NCBI RefSeq assembly: GCF_001194135.2 | Contig: NC_069004.1 | Location: forward strand, 25,834,982-25,898,981 | DNA: 64,000 nt | DNA from: Octopus bimaculoides | Lineage: Eukaryota | Direction of reading: 5' to 3' | Shown: piece by piece, positions 51,879 through 64,000 of the stretch | Layout of the letters: every line of letters starts with the position of its first letter | Numbering within the stretch: the stretch's first letter is position 1 | Program-made: the position numbers and the translations under genes | Notes under the pieces: model-generated | The model's input: only the letters and a program-made list of their open reading frames with translations | The model's database searches: none | What the model was told of the DNA's origin: nothing

Positions 51879-53369
51879 AGAGCCGGCCTTCACCAGTAAT
51901 ATATATTATAAAAAAAAAAAAGAGAGAAAAAAGACAAGAAAAAAAACAACGCAAGGACGTGGTACATGCAAAGTATTAATACATACATATGCATACTCAC
52001 TTTCATCCTTTTGGGGTTAATAAAATAAGTACCAGTTGAGTACTGGGGTAAATGTAATCGACCTACCCTCTCCCCTGAAATTTCTGTCCTTGTACATGCA
52101 GTAGAAAGGATACACACACACACACACAAATATATTTTAAGTTTTCTATATCTTTTTAATGCTTAAGGGAATGTTGTATCAGACTCCGTGTGTGTGTATA
52201 TCATATCTAGTCTACATGATGTACAAGCTAAGCCAGTATTTTTCCATATCGTCTTTAACTAATTAATCTCATTGGTAGTGTTTGTGTATGTGTTGTACCT
52301 GGGGCACCGCTTTCGAGGGTTTAGCTGGATAAACCGACAGCAATACTTATTTTATAAGGCTGGTACTTATTCTATCAATCTGTTTTAACAAAACGCTATA
52401 TTATGGGGTGAGTGGCATAAAGAAAGCCACAACGGCTGTCCAGTGATGGTGGTGGTGGTGGTGGACAAACACGGGTGACACCCAGCCACGTATACAACGG
52501 GCTTCCACTCACTTTCCGTCGACCAAATTCACTCAGAAGGCATTGGGAACTATGTTGGAAGATACTTGTCAAAGGTGCTGCCCTGTGGGACTGAACCAGA
52601 AACCACGTGGTTGCAAGACGAACTTCTTAATCACACAACCAGGCTTCTAGGTCAAGCTAAACTAAAAACTCGAAACATGGCATTGAATTTTTTTTTTTTT
52701 TCGTTTCTGATTTTAATTTTTCGATGAGGCATTCTTTTAATTTGTATTATCTTTTAATTAATTAATAATATGACAGCGGTAAATTGTAGAATTCGTAAAA
52801 CGGTCGACCAAAATGTCTACAGTGTTTAGGTTACGAACGGAGTTCGAATACAGCCGGGAGATGATAAACAAATACTAATTAAATCGGTGATTCTACTTTC
52901 CCCCCCTCCCAAAATATATGATGTTGTACTGATGTTAGGAAGCGTTGTAATTATATTTCCATGGAAATCGAATGATTTGACTTCAGGTGATTTGTGCATT
53001 GATCTCTCAAAGAATTACGTATTTGATAGAATATAAGACGCGCTTTTTTTGTCATTTTTTTTCTTTCAAAAAAGGTTTCAAAATATCTCTCTGGGTCCTA
53101 TATACGAACTTGAGCCTATAATATTGCATGCTTTAATACACTCAAAAACTTTTTTTCTCTCTAATATTTGTGATGCCGGTTTTTACGGCTGGATGCCCTT
53201 CCTAACACCAACCAAGTTACAGAGGACCGAGTGCTTTTTTTATGTGGCACCATGAGGTCTGTTTTGGTATAGTTTTTACAACTGGATGTCTGTCCAAATG
53301 CTAACCACTTTACAATGTTGATGCTTTTTATGTGATGAACAACCCTTCATTTCTCCCTAACCATCTCTT

Positions 53370-53930
53370 ACCATACATCAGCCACACACAGCCCAGATAC
53401 CAAATGACAAACCTGCATTGATTCCATGAACAGGTGCCTTGAGTGCATCTTCAACTGGGTGGAGGCGCAGGCATGCCAACCTTGTCTCTTTTAACAGCCA
53501 AAAAAAACTCAAGTACTATTCATATCAAGGAAACCTCACTGCATCATACACCTAGATATGAGTGTCACAAACTAGAGTTTTTATGGTTGCTCCAAATACT
53601 GGTTTCTATTATCACTGAGGATCTCTCCCAGTAAACGCATATCCTCAACATAGCTTGGACTGCATCCCAAAGATTGACCATTGGCCCTTTTCAGCCCCCA
53701 ATGGTTTTTGATGAGCCTCAAGTGAGGCCCACAATGAAGTATTGCTCCTACATCTGAGTACTGCTATCCAAAGAAGGGCTACTATAGGGAATTGCATTAA
53801 ATCATAAATAGACACACTCTAACCTCTGGCCCACAGTTGTGCCTGCACCTCTCTTTATCTTTTCTATAGCAATGACTACTGCTCTTTAGAGATAGCTGGT
53901 TCCATACTTGCACCATTCAGATACTTTTGA
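53370..53930 (+). mobile_element. CR1/L2/Jockey-type LINE reverse-transcriptase 3' fragment, heavily decayed
   Basis: Frameshifted KKTQVLFISRK, LQILVSIITEDLS, HILNIAWTASQRL, VRPTMKYCSYI, AIQRRA, LYLFY motifs. Confidence 0.65.
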
Positions 53931-54319
53931 TCCACTCCATATTGTCATCTGTTGCATCCAACTTCATCCCTCTTCTTCACACTAACCGCCTTACCTTTAC
54001 CTGTTCCTTGCACCCCAAAACATTGAACCTCCGGTATCTTTTCCCTCCTTGTGTCTTTCCTGCATTTAGAAAGACATCCAGCTGTAAAAAACCATGCCAA
54101 AACAGATCTCTCCAGTGCTCATGCTGCATAAAAACCACTCGGTCCACTCTTGATGTTAGGAAGGGCATCTGGTTGTAAAAACCATGAAAAAAACAGTAAA
54201 ACCTGGTGCAGTCTTCTGCCTTGCCAGCTCCTATCAAATCGTCCAACCCATTTTAAATGAAACTTGTATCTCTTCTATAGTAAGAACTTTGCACTTGTCC
54301 CTATATCGTGCTCTAAACC

Positions 54320-54577
54320 CAGTGTTTCGCAACTATAGTCCCCTTTGATTCCGGTTTTATTCCGGTGGACTCCCATAGCCATTCGATGTTTCAAAAAATT
54401 CATATTCCGTTTTTTATAATTAAATATTATTAAGAATTGTATAAAAACAAGCGAAAACTGTTAAAATATTTTATGTATTGTAAGAAGTATGACCAGTTCA
54501 GCCAAACAGGAAAAATCCCCAATTTATTGCAGATAAATTTTAACAAGGGCCATGTAGACCCCGGTTGAGAACCACTG
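54320..54577. mobile_element. hAT/Charlie-like MITE
   Basis: 14-bp TIRs CAGTGTTTCGCAAC / GTTGAGAACCACTG (2 mismatches); related partial copy ending TTGAGAACCACTG at about 17030-17214; 8-bp TSD not clearly preserved. Confidence 0.65.
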
Positions 54578-55138
54578 CAGCCCCTCAACACCTGACAGGT
54601 GCTGGTGGTGGAGACCTGTTATATTTAGATTTACATTTCCTAAACAGCAGTTTTAACTTATTGAGAACACACGAATCATCTCCTGTTTCTCCCTATTCCG
54701 TGTTTCTATATCATATTAATTCTTCACATGTTTGTATGAAGGTTACTGTCTTTTTTCAAAGATTTCCATACGATACACATAAGTGACAACACTTTATTTT
54801 TAAATAAGTTTTCAGTGACACATTTATTACTTCAGTTTTTTGTTTTGTTTTTTTGGCAATTAAATAAATAGCATATAGCTTGTCAACACCAGCCAGGTAT
54901 CTAACTGTAACGTAGAGCTGTCCTGTCAGATTTTAAATATACTTCACAGTTAAAATATTGCTAAAAATGTACCGTATTTGACATAATTTCACATCTTACT
55001 TACACATGATCGCGACGCATTGTTTGCAGACTTCTGGCCTGTCTATGTGGCTCTAATTGTTTGCGTCTCTCACAAGTTCTCTCTTATCTATTTATTTATC
55101 TATCTATTTATTTATCTATCTATTTATTTATCTATCGA

Positions 55139-55170
<32 letters not shown>

Positions 55171-55719
55171 TCTCTCTCCCTCTACCTTTCTATCGATCTA
55201 CATGTCTACCTCTATCTCTCTATCCCGTAAATTGTTTTTCAGTACTTTATTTTGCTAACATCGATAGAATAAAGGACAAAGCTGAGCGACCTCGGCGAGC
55301 TTTGAACTCAAAATATAAAGGACCATATCGAAGATACTGCTAGGCATTTTGTCGGACGGTCTAACGATTCTACCACCCAATTTTCTTTTCCTGTTGTCTC
55401 TTTCTTTCTCCCTCACCTTTCATAGTTTTTATGTTCTCTCCTCCATTTCTCTCAGTATTTCTAACTTTCCCTCTCATACTCTTGTAACTCTCTCTCCCTC
55501 TCTCTCGTGACTTGGCACCACGTGTAAACCTCATTTGACGGGACTGTAAACTGCCGTTCGTTGTCATTGCAGTGCAAGCTGTCATTACCATTCGCACACA
55601 TACCCAATATCACTAGCTTCATTGACTAAGGATAAAAAGAGGGGGGAAAACAGATATTAACTACAACTTACCATGTGGTTGGTAAGCAAGCTACTTACCA
55701 CACAGCCACTCCTATACAT

Positions 55720-55838
55720 ATAAAATCAAAACAAGAACCAGGATATCAAGAAGTGATGCAGTACGACCGTTTCAAGGCACTTGGAACGGTCGTACTACCT
55801 TACCTCTGGATATCCTGTTGCTTATTTTGATTTTATCC
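55720..55838. repeat. Head-to-head inverted 3' fragments of the Penelope-like pLTR seen at 2295-2345
   Basis: 55720-55776 (minus) and 55780-55838 (plus) both read cttg(a/g)aacggtcgtact...gatatcctg...ttttgattttat. Confidence 0.7.
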
Positions 55839-56968
55839 ACCTTACTTTGAGCTGTACGGATAATAAATACCGCACTGAATTGGTGCTTCAACTTAGGTAC
55901 CTAATTCAACTGAATCTCAATTATTTATATATATATATATATGTGTGTGTATATATATATATATATATCTACATACAGGCATATCTTGGCTTACGTTGTT
56001 CTCAGTTATATGTCGGTTTTCAAAAATAAAAATCAGTAAAAATCAAGTCAAGTCATTTTTCTCGACTTTACGTCTGTCTACCGCAAATATTAAAATCGTA
56101 AAATCACTAGAAAACCCTTAAAAGCCCATAAAATTATGTGACTGTACAATAAATAAGAATAAAATCATATTGAAATATGTACAGTAATTAAGATACAAAC
56201 CATAAAATAGTGTGGCTTAGTGAACGAAATCATGAAACCACCAAATTGTATGTACATATTGGTAAATTTAAAATAATTTAGTTTCTCTTTACTATTGCGA
56301 AACAATAATAATTACTGAATTTGTTTTTTAAGTTTGAAAAAGGCTTTTATTTTACCATGTCTTATTGCAGAACACATTCATAAAGTGTCCGTGATGTATG
56401 ATAAACACCGCCAAAATGTATTCGTAAATTTAGATTACTTTTTGTTTTTTACTGTACTCTTTTACTTTTTTACTTGTTTCAGTCATTTGACTGCGGCCAT
56501 GCTGGAGCACCACCTTTAGTCGAGCATATCGACCCCAGGGCNNNNNNNNNNNNNNNNNNNNNNNNNNNNNNNNNNNNNNNNNNNNNNNNNNNNNNNNNNN
56601 NNNNNNNNNNNNNNNNNNNNNNNNNNNNNNNNNNNNNNNNNNNNNNNNNNNNNNNNNNNNNNNNNNNNNNNNNNNNNNNNNNNNNNNNNNNNNNNNNNNN
56701 NNNNNNNNNNNNNNNNNNNNNNNNNNNNNNNNNNNNNNNNNNNNNNNNNNNNNNNNNNNNNNNNNNNNNNNNNNNNNNNNNNNNNNNNNNNNNNNNNNNN
56801 NNNNNNNNNNNNNNNNNNNNNNNNNNNNNNNNNNNNNNNNNNNNNNNNNATCCTTTCGGGGTCAATTAAATAAGTACCAGTTACGCACTGGGGTCGGTAT
56901 AATCGACTTAATCCGTTTGTCTGTCCTTGTTTGTCCCCTCTGTGTGTAGCCCCTTGTGGGTAGTAAAG

Positions 56969-57030
<62 letters not shown>

Positions 57031-57496
57031 CGATGGGCTTCTTTCAGTTTCTGTCTTCCAAATCCACTCACAAGGATTTGGTCTGCTCAAGGCTATAGTA
57101 GAAGACACTTGTCCAAGGTGCCACACAGTGGGACTGAACCCAGAACTATGTGGTTGGTAAGCAAGCTACTTACTACACACCCACTCCTGCGCCTATGTAC
57201 TGTAGTAAAAATTAAAAATTATTTGTTTCTAAGCTTATAATAGGTTTTATTAACCATGTATTATTGAAAATGCATTCATAAATAAAGTACAGAACTAGGA
57301 ATGGTTATTATTGGTTTAACCTGGAGACAAGTAAATTCAACCTAGCCTAGCCTAGAGACAAGTTAATTTGACTTAAGTCATGTCTCCTGGAACCAATTAA
57401 GGATGTAGAATGAGGTATGCCTCTGTGTGTGTGTGTGTGTGTGTATATAATAATAAATCTCTGAGCGGAGCGAGGTATAAACAGTAGCTGCATGAC

Positions 57497-57857
57497 CACG
57501 ATGTCGTGCAGCTACTGTTAATACCTCATTCAGAGATTTATTATTGCTCGTTTCCACTTTTTTGAGATCAGTGACGAAAAGTCACTAGAAAAAGGATATA
57601 TATATTTGCATTGGGAACCACATCCCATCACCAACTGGTGATTGTCACATGCTGATGACGGGTCAATACCCAGAAACTCAGGTCCGTGTGTACCACGTCA
57701 GGTTGGAGATGGGAAGAATGACTTCCCTTTGCAAATACTGGTAGGGCACAGATAGTGTGTCAGTAGCCAGTTGGAGATGTCTTCCTGGGGCTACAAGCTA
57801 CAGTAGCATCGACCCTTAGGGATCAGCCACATTTAGGTGGCAAATATACTTCACGAT
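57497..57857 (+). mobile_element. 355-nt hammerhead-containing retrozyme/Penelope pLTR-like monomer
   Basis: Bounded by CACGAT direct repeats (57497-57502, 57852-57857); a second copy at about 35345-35500 (minus) reads across the end-to-start junction. Confidence 0.6.
57646..57690 (+). ncRNA. Type I hammerhead ribozyme (near-canonical)
   Basis: CACATG-CTGATGA-C-GGGT-CAAT-ACCC-A-GAAA-C-TCAG-G-TC-CGTGTG: helix I 6 bp (one G-U), helix II 4 bp, minimal helix III, GUC cleavage triplet ending at 57684. Confidence 0.75.
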
Positions 57858-58211
57858 ATATATGTACATATATATATATATATATCTCAGAATGTTCCTA
57901 CATTAGCTGTATACGTGTGTGTTTGTGTTTGTTAGATTTTATCAATGTTATCAGTTCATAACAATTAATTATAAGCTCAGACTGACTAAATGGACAGAAG
58001 GAAAACAAAAGACCACAGTGCTATATGCCTCTGTGTGTGTGTGTATTTCCATTATATTATATCCACTCATTTACTTTCTCTCTCCTTCACCATATCTCTC
58101 TCTTTGCCCACTCCAGTACCTCTGTTGCTCTCTTTTCTTCACTGCTTCCCTTTCTTTTATCCTCATACATACACTGTCTATATATATATATATATATATA
58201 TATTACATACA

Positions 58212-58437
58212 TTAACCCTTTCGTTACTAACCCGGCTGAAACCAGCTCTGGCTCTGAGTGCAAATGTCTTGTTTTCATAAGTTTTGAATTAAAATCTTCC
58301 ACCAAACCTTAGTCACAATTTATGTTCCTAACACTAGCTAAATGATAACTAAGTTATTTTACTAAATTCTTTGTTATATTTAAAGTAATTAAATGAAACA
58401 GAACATCTCAGAATAAATGCAGTAACGAAAGGGTTAA
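58212..58437. mobile_element. 218-bp piggyBac-type MITE with TTAA target duplication
   Basis: TTAA-CCCTTTCGTTACT ... AGTAACGAAAGGG-TTAA, perfect 13-bp TIRs. Confidence 0.9.
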
Positions 58438-59551
58438 TACACATGCACACTCACATCATTTCAAGGTGTTTGTGGAAGACATTTATCCATAAAATTGCAA
58501 ATCAAGACTCTTAACCAAAATTTCCTTTGATCCGTGGTAGGTTTTTTTTCCCTACAAAAAGTACACATTTTCTTCTCTATATATGAAAATTCAAAAGCTG
58601 ATTGAAAAGCGACATTAACAAATTGTATATGCTCTTCCAGCCACTTAAATGTGTACATGGTCTATGAACATTCACAGTTGACTCGACACAAGACATTGTA
58701 TTCTAATTGTTTGTTTCTATTTGTCCAAATAATGTGACACGATTCTATTGTGTGATGCTTTTCTACTTTCACATTGTCATGTAGCTTATGCCTATTCGTC
58801 CAATCATGTGACATTTTATTGACTCTACCAGGTGGCAGCTTCTTATACATTGATTGATTTTATGAATTCATTCTTTTTTCCACCATGTGGCTCCTGTTTT
58901 TAGTACAGTCTTATTAATTCACACTGTGGACAGCTGGATTTAGTTTACCATTTTAGATTTCATTTTGGAATTATTGCAATATTTTTCGTTTGTTCATAAA
59001 ATCAATATCTGAGTACAATATCATTATTCATTCCTAGTTTACTTGTTTGTTGTTCAAATTTCTGCTCATTAGCTAAATATGATTTTCCTTAGAAAAACTG
59101 TTCACAACACAATTTTTTATTTCGCCATATCATTCATAAACACTCTCCTAGCACTTACACACTCATGTACTCCACTTGTGGTTTGTTGTTCAGATTTTAA
59201 ATTCTTAAGTGAATGGATTCCAAGTCACTTGCATACACATGTAGTCTGCTTGTGGTTCATTGAGTTCGTTATGCGAGTTTAATTTTCTTCAGAAAAACCC
59301 ATTCATTATTCAGTTTATGAATTGAGAGAATCATTCATGGATTGAGTACCCCAATTGTGTGTGTTTCTCAATGCCACCCACTTTAGAGTGGTGGGCATTA
59401 GGAAGGGCATCCAGCTTTAGAATCCATGGTAAAGCTGACACTGGAGATCAGTGTGGACTTGCAGCTCGCCAGATCCTGTCAAGTCATCCAATCAGTGCTG
59501 GCATGGAAAACAGGCTCTAAATGATGATGCGCGCGCGCACACACGCACCCG

Positions 59552-59593
<42 letters not shown>

Positions 59594-60154
59594 NNNNNNN
59601 NNNNNNNNNNNNNNNNNNNNNNNNNNNNNNNNNNNNNNNNNNNNNNNNNNNNNNNNNNNNNNNNNNNNNNNNNAGTTCAATACTGCTTGCCTATCTAATG
59701 CAGGTGTTAGATAATCCTTAATTAAGCTTATCTCTTGTGCTATTGGAAATTGAATTGAAGTGGGACAGAAGCCAACATGCTAGAAATCCAACATCTAGCA
59801 GCCTGATTAAACTACTTTTACATCACAGACACTTCATATATTATTAATGAACCATTTGTTTTTATGAACTGTCTATCACTCACTTTCTCCTACTTTAACC
59901 TCTCCCCTATTACTCTCTCTCTCTCGCTCCTGCTTTGGTCTCTCTTATATTTCTCTCTCTCTTCTATTTCTCTCTATCTTCTCTTATTCTTTTGCTTCGT
60001 CTTTGTTTTCATACTCCTATCTGTTGGTGTCATAACAACCCTCTGGTGTTGATGGTGAATAAATGGAAACTAGACACAATGTAGGTTAGAGTGAACTCTT
60101 TAGGATTGCTGTGGATATGGCAACGTCTCTAGTGTTGGTACCATGATAAAGGAC

Positions 60155-60257
60155 TTATTCTCTGTAAGCCTAGTACTTATTCTATTGGTCTCTTTTACCA
60201 AACCGTTAAGTTACAGGGACGTAAACACATCAACATTGGTTGTCAAGCAATGGTAGT

Positions 60258-60296
<39 letters not shown>

Positions 60297-60575
60297 GACA
60301 GACAGACAGACACACACACACACACATGATGGGCTTCTTTCATTNNNNNNNNNNCACACACACACACACACACAGACAGACAGACAGACAGACACACACA
60401 CACACACATGATGGGCTTCTTTCATTTTCTGTCTACCAAATCCACTCACAAAGCTTTGGTGGTTGGCCCAAGGCTATAGCAGAAGACACTTGCCTAAGGT
60501 GCAATGCAGTGGGACTGAACCTGGAACCATGTGGTTGGTAAGCAAGCGTCTTGCCACACAACCACTCCTGCACCT
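60155..60575 (-). mobile_element. SINE family A copy with expanded CA/CAGA tract, spanning a 10-N gap
   Basis: Family A head and tail motifs; sequence flanking the gap is duplicated. Confidence 0.8.
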
Positions 60576-61254
60576 AATTTCAAACAATTATAAAGAATAT
60601 GGAGACTGGTACATCATCAGATTTTTCTTTTATATTACAGTTTCTTTTACAGTGTAATTATTTGGTTACAATGACGAACATGTGTTTCTGCTGCACAAAG
60701 CATATGCAGTTGCACATGCAACCCGGTATTGTCTTCTGTGCACCTTCTTTCAGGGTTCTTTGAACAAGTGTGGTTCAGAATGGACTGAGTTAATTTCTTC
60801 ATTTGTGGCTAGTTTAATACACTAAGGGAAGTGATCGGGGATATGTTGGTATATTCTATAGAAACATGTCTGTTTATCCATAAATATTATCTTGCTTGGA
60901 AACAGATGAGGGCTAGTGACAATGGTTATCCAGTTGTAGAAAACCTCCCTTGATAAACTCTGTTGAACCTATGCAAGATTGGCATATTGGGTTAATGACA
61001 TCACATGATAGTTGTAAACGAGTATCATGATTATACAAGCCACATCATTCATTTGCAAATCTTTCACATAAATGTGTCTGGTCAGGCTTTGTTTGGAAAC
61101 CATTGAGAACCGGCAGCAGCTGAAAGGGCATCCTGCCTTAGAAAATCTGCCTCAATGAATTGTCTGATTGATGTGGATGTTAAAACGAAGATGATGATGT
61201 ACTAAACTAAGTAGGATATGGGATGGAGGTATGTAAAATGTTAAATCATTTAGA

Positions 61255-61680
61255 GGATGCCCTCATATCTGACCCAATCTTGTTCTTTAGTTGTGAGACT
61301 TGGACATGGACACAGTCCAGAGACCTTAGGAGCCACCTGAACTTTTTTGGTACCAGGACATTTCACAGGATTATGGATTACCATTGACTGGATTTTATAT
61401 CCAGTCAACAACTCACAAACTTTGTGTCCTGCTTCTTCTCTGATTCATCAGCTCAGACTGTTTGGTCATGTTGCCTGATTGTTCCTAGTTGGATCCTGTG
61501 TATTGTGTTCTCTTCTCTGAGAATCCAGCTAGGGTGATGGCTCATGGTGGGTGGCCACATCTCATATGGTCACAGCATATGAGAAAGCATCTTGCAGAGG
61601 CAGGAATTGATTGGGATGCTGCTCACAGGGTTGACTTGAACAGATGCAGACAATTGATGGATGCAGTACGGAGGACGAAA
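61255..61680 (+). mobile_element. RTE-clade LINE 3' fragment
   Basis: PILFFSCETWT, HQLRLFGHVA, DPVYCVLF, GGWPHLIW motifs (cf. LLYGCETWT, RLRLFGHVAR, GRPxxTW). Confidence 0.72.
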
Positions 61681-62056
61681 AGCTTCGCATATTTTTTCAC
61701 CTGTCGCTATGTTCTGAGTTCAAATTCCTTCCATCTTTTCAGTGTCGATAAAATAAGTACCAGTTGAACACTGGGGGTTGATGTGATCGATTCATCCCCT
61801 CCTGCCAAAAACTGCTGCCCTTCTGGCAAAATTTGAAACCATTAGTATCACCAATGTGGCTCACTGGCAGAAATGTTTAGGGGTAAAATTCTGCCAAGGT
61901 TGACTTTGCCTTTCATCCCTTTCACATCATTAAAACAAGTACCAGTTGAACACTGGGGTCGATGTAATCGACTAACCCCCTCCTCTCAAATTTCAGGGCC
62001 TTGTGCCTATAGTAGAAAGGATTATTATTATTATTATCATCATCATCATCATCATC

Positions 62057-62275
62057 AAGGTGGTGAGCTGTCAGAATCATTACCATGTGGGCGAAATACT
62101 TAGCAATATTTTGTCTTATCTTTACGTTCTGAGTTCAAATTCCACCAAGGTCAACTTTGCATTTTATCCTGTCAGGGTCAATAAAATAAGTACCAGTTGA
62201 GTACTGGGGTCGATGTAATCAACTTATCTCTTCTCCTGAAATTGCTGGCCTTGTGCCAAAACTTGAAACCATTAT
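62057..62275 (+). mobile_element. tRNA-derived SINE family B (third of three adjacent copies, 61690-62275)
   Basis: ggtggtgagctgtcagaatc head, ttctgagttcaaattcc B-box-like segment, gtcaactttgc...ataagtaccagttga...ggggtcgatgtaatc...ggccttgtgcc tail. Other copies near 4310-4520, 8355-8520, 10040-10215, 22150-22340, 22710-22890, 39680-39830, 51990-52110, 55255-55375, 56850-56965. Confidence 0.8.
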
Positions 62276-62759
62276 TAGTGTGGTTAATTATGGTTCATCT
62301 AATTATGGTTCAACTAATCAACAACTTTACTGTGATTACATCAGTAATGCCCTTGAGCAAGTATCTCTTTTACCCTCTGCTGTAATTCTTGAACTGTTTC
62401 TCTGCCTCTAATTTTACCATTATCACAATCACCACGACTACCACAGCCACCACCACCACCATCACCACCAACATGATGATAATAAAAAAAAGCTAAACTG
62501 CAAACAAGTAAACAAAAATGAAAACAACTGTATAAAGAATTCGTATTGTTGTTAGTTTTGGCTAATGAGAAATTGTGATAAAGCTTCAGTTCCCAGCTGG
62601 AGCAATGTCCTAGGTCATTATTGTCCTTGGGAAGGATCTTTACAAATGAACTTCACAACAAATCCTGTTTCTTTGATGTTTCGACATTTTGTCTTTCATA
62701 TTTATATAAGAAATCATTAATCTAATTAGTGGTCAAATTGGACCAGTATTAATGACCGC

Positions 62760-63400
62760 TGCTGCTAATTTAGGGTATGTATATGTGATCTGCAGCATAT
62801 GTGCTTATGTAGTGCGTGTGTGTGTGTGTAGGTTTGTTGTATGTTATTGTCTGAGTCTTTGATGGATAGCATAATTAGTGTGTGTGAATGTGTGCCTATT
62901 TATGAGTGTGTGTGTGTGTCTGCATGTTTGTGTATGCTATTGTCTATGTGTGTGTGTGTGTACATTTGATGTATACTCTGTGTGTGTGTGCATGCATGGT
63001 GTATGTGCGTATTTAAGTCTTATTGTATGTGTGCGTGTGTATTTAGGTGTTGTTGCAGTGTGTGTGTGTGTGTGTGTGTGTACATGGTGTATGCTATAGT
63101 TAGGTGTATGTGTATATTTAGATGCACTGGTTTGTGTGTGTGTATTGCATGGAGCATGCTATATAGTTAGTGTGTGTATGTGTAACTGATGGTTGTTGTA
63201 GTGTGTGTATGTGTGTGTATGCATATTCACGTGTTGTTGCTTTCATGTGTGTGTATTTGAGTCTTGTTGCATGTGTATGTGTGCGTGTGTATTTAGGTGT
63301 TGTTGCAATGTGTGTGTGTGTGTACGTGTGTGAACATGGTGTATGCTATAGTTAGGTGTATGTGTATATTTAGATGCTCTGGCATGTGTGTGTGTGTAGC
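62760..63400. repeat. Compound TG-rich low-complexity region with an internal duplication of about 245 bp
   Basis: gtgcgtgtgtatttaggtgttgttgca...catggtgtatgctatagttaggtgtatgtgtatatttagatgc occurs at about 63030-63125 and 63283-63377. Confidence 0.8.
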
Positions 63401-64000
63401 TGATGGGGTATTTGGAGTCTCTGCTAAGTCTTTGCTGATATCTTTAGCTAAGAAGTTTACCATTCCTGCAGAAGCTGCCAAACACTCTACCTGTACCCAT
63501 ATAATGGTACAGTTATGTAACTTGGCATCACTTCTACTGACATAGCAGATTTCAGGCTGCTTGGTACTACTGCACAATCAATGATACTTGTGGGAGTCTT
63601 TGAGATATTAACCAGAATTATTCCTACCTCTACCCCCTCTCACTACCTTCTTTGGGTTACTTCCTCTCCTTCACTCTTACTTTCTCGTTTTCATTTAGTT
63701 TTTGTGTTTAGATGCGTGTCGACATGAATGTATAAATTTATATGTCTGTGCATGTGTATACACACACGCACGTGCGCGTGCGCAGACATCACCCTTTTAC
63801 CTGTCCTAACCTTGTGAAAGACGAAACACATTCTTCAAATATCACTTTTCACCAAAAACAAAAACAAAATCACAATGACCCTTCCTTCAGAATATCTCTT
63901 ATAACTTAGCATTTACTCTCACTCTCTATCTCTCTGTCTCTTGCTCCCTCTCTCCCTTGCTCACTCTCTCTCTCTTGCTCTCTCTCTTGTTCTCTCTCTT

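Noticed and set aside
60270-60425. Duplicated cacacacagacagacag...gatgggcttctttcatt on both sides of a 10-N gap
   Set aside because: Typical scaffolding artefact inside one SINE copy.
63400-63650. Unique-looking segment with modest ORFs on both strands
   Set aside because: No convincing splice sites or protein motifs; possibly an old LINE fragment.

Overview
Eukaryotic, AT-rich, repeat-dense scaffold window with many N gaps. The repeat landscape suggests an octopus-like cephalopod (inference; species cannot be fixed from sequence alone). The one clear protein-coding gene is mitochondrial NADP-isocitrate dehydrogenase (IDH2) on the minus strand: 11 exons, join 44395-44284, 26570-26479, 18219-18054, 16441-16281, 14740-14600, 13520-13384, 13026-12875, 10793-10681, 10491-10394, 9111-9019, 5304-5229; 1341 nt, 446 aa, all introns GT-AG, with an N-terminal targeting peptide. 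The rest is tRNA-derived SINE families, TTAA-flanked piggyBac-type MITEs, a decayed piggyBac transposase, RTE and CR1-like LINE fragments, hAT-like MITEs and microsatellites. The most notable unexplained signal is three unrelated repeat families carrying type I hammerhead-ribozyme motifs. One is a 355-nt circularly permuted monomer with a near-canonical hammerhead (retrozyme-like, 57497-57857). Another is a Penelope-like remnant with inverted pLTRs (836-2350). The third is an inverted hammerhead pair (51734-51878). Weaker candidates are a divergent gene start at about 45190, an alternative IDH2 first exon in intron 1, and a Pol III-like small RNA.
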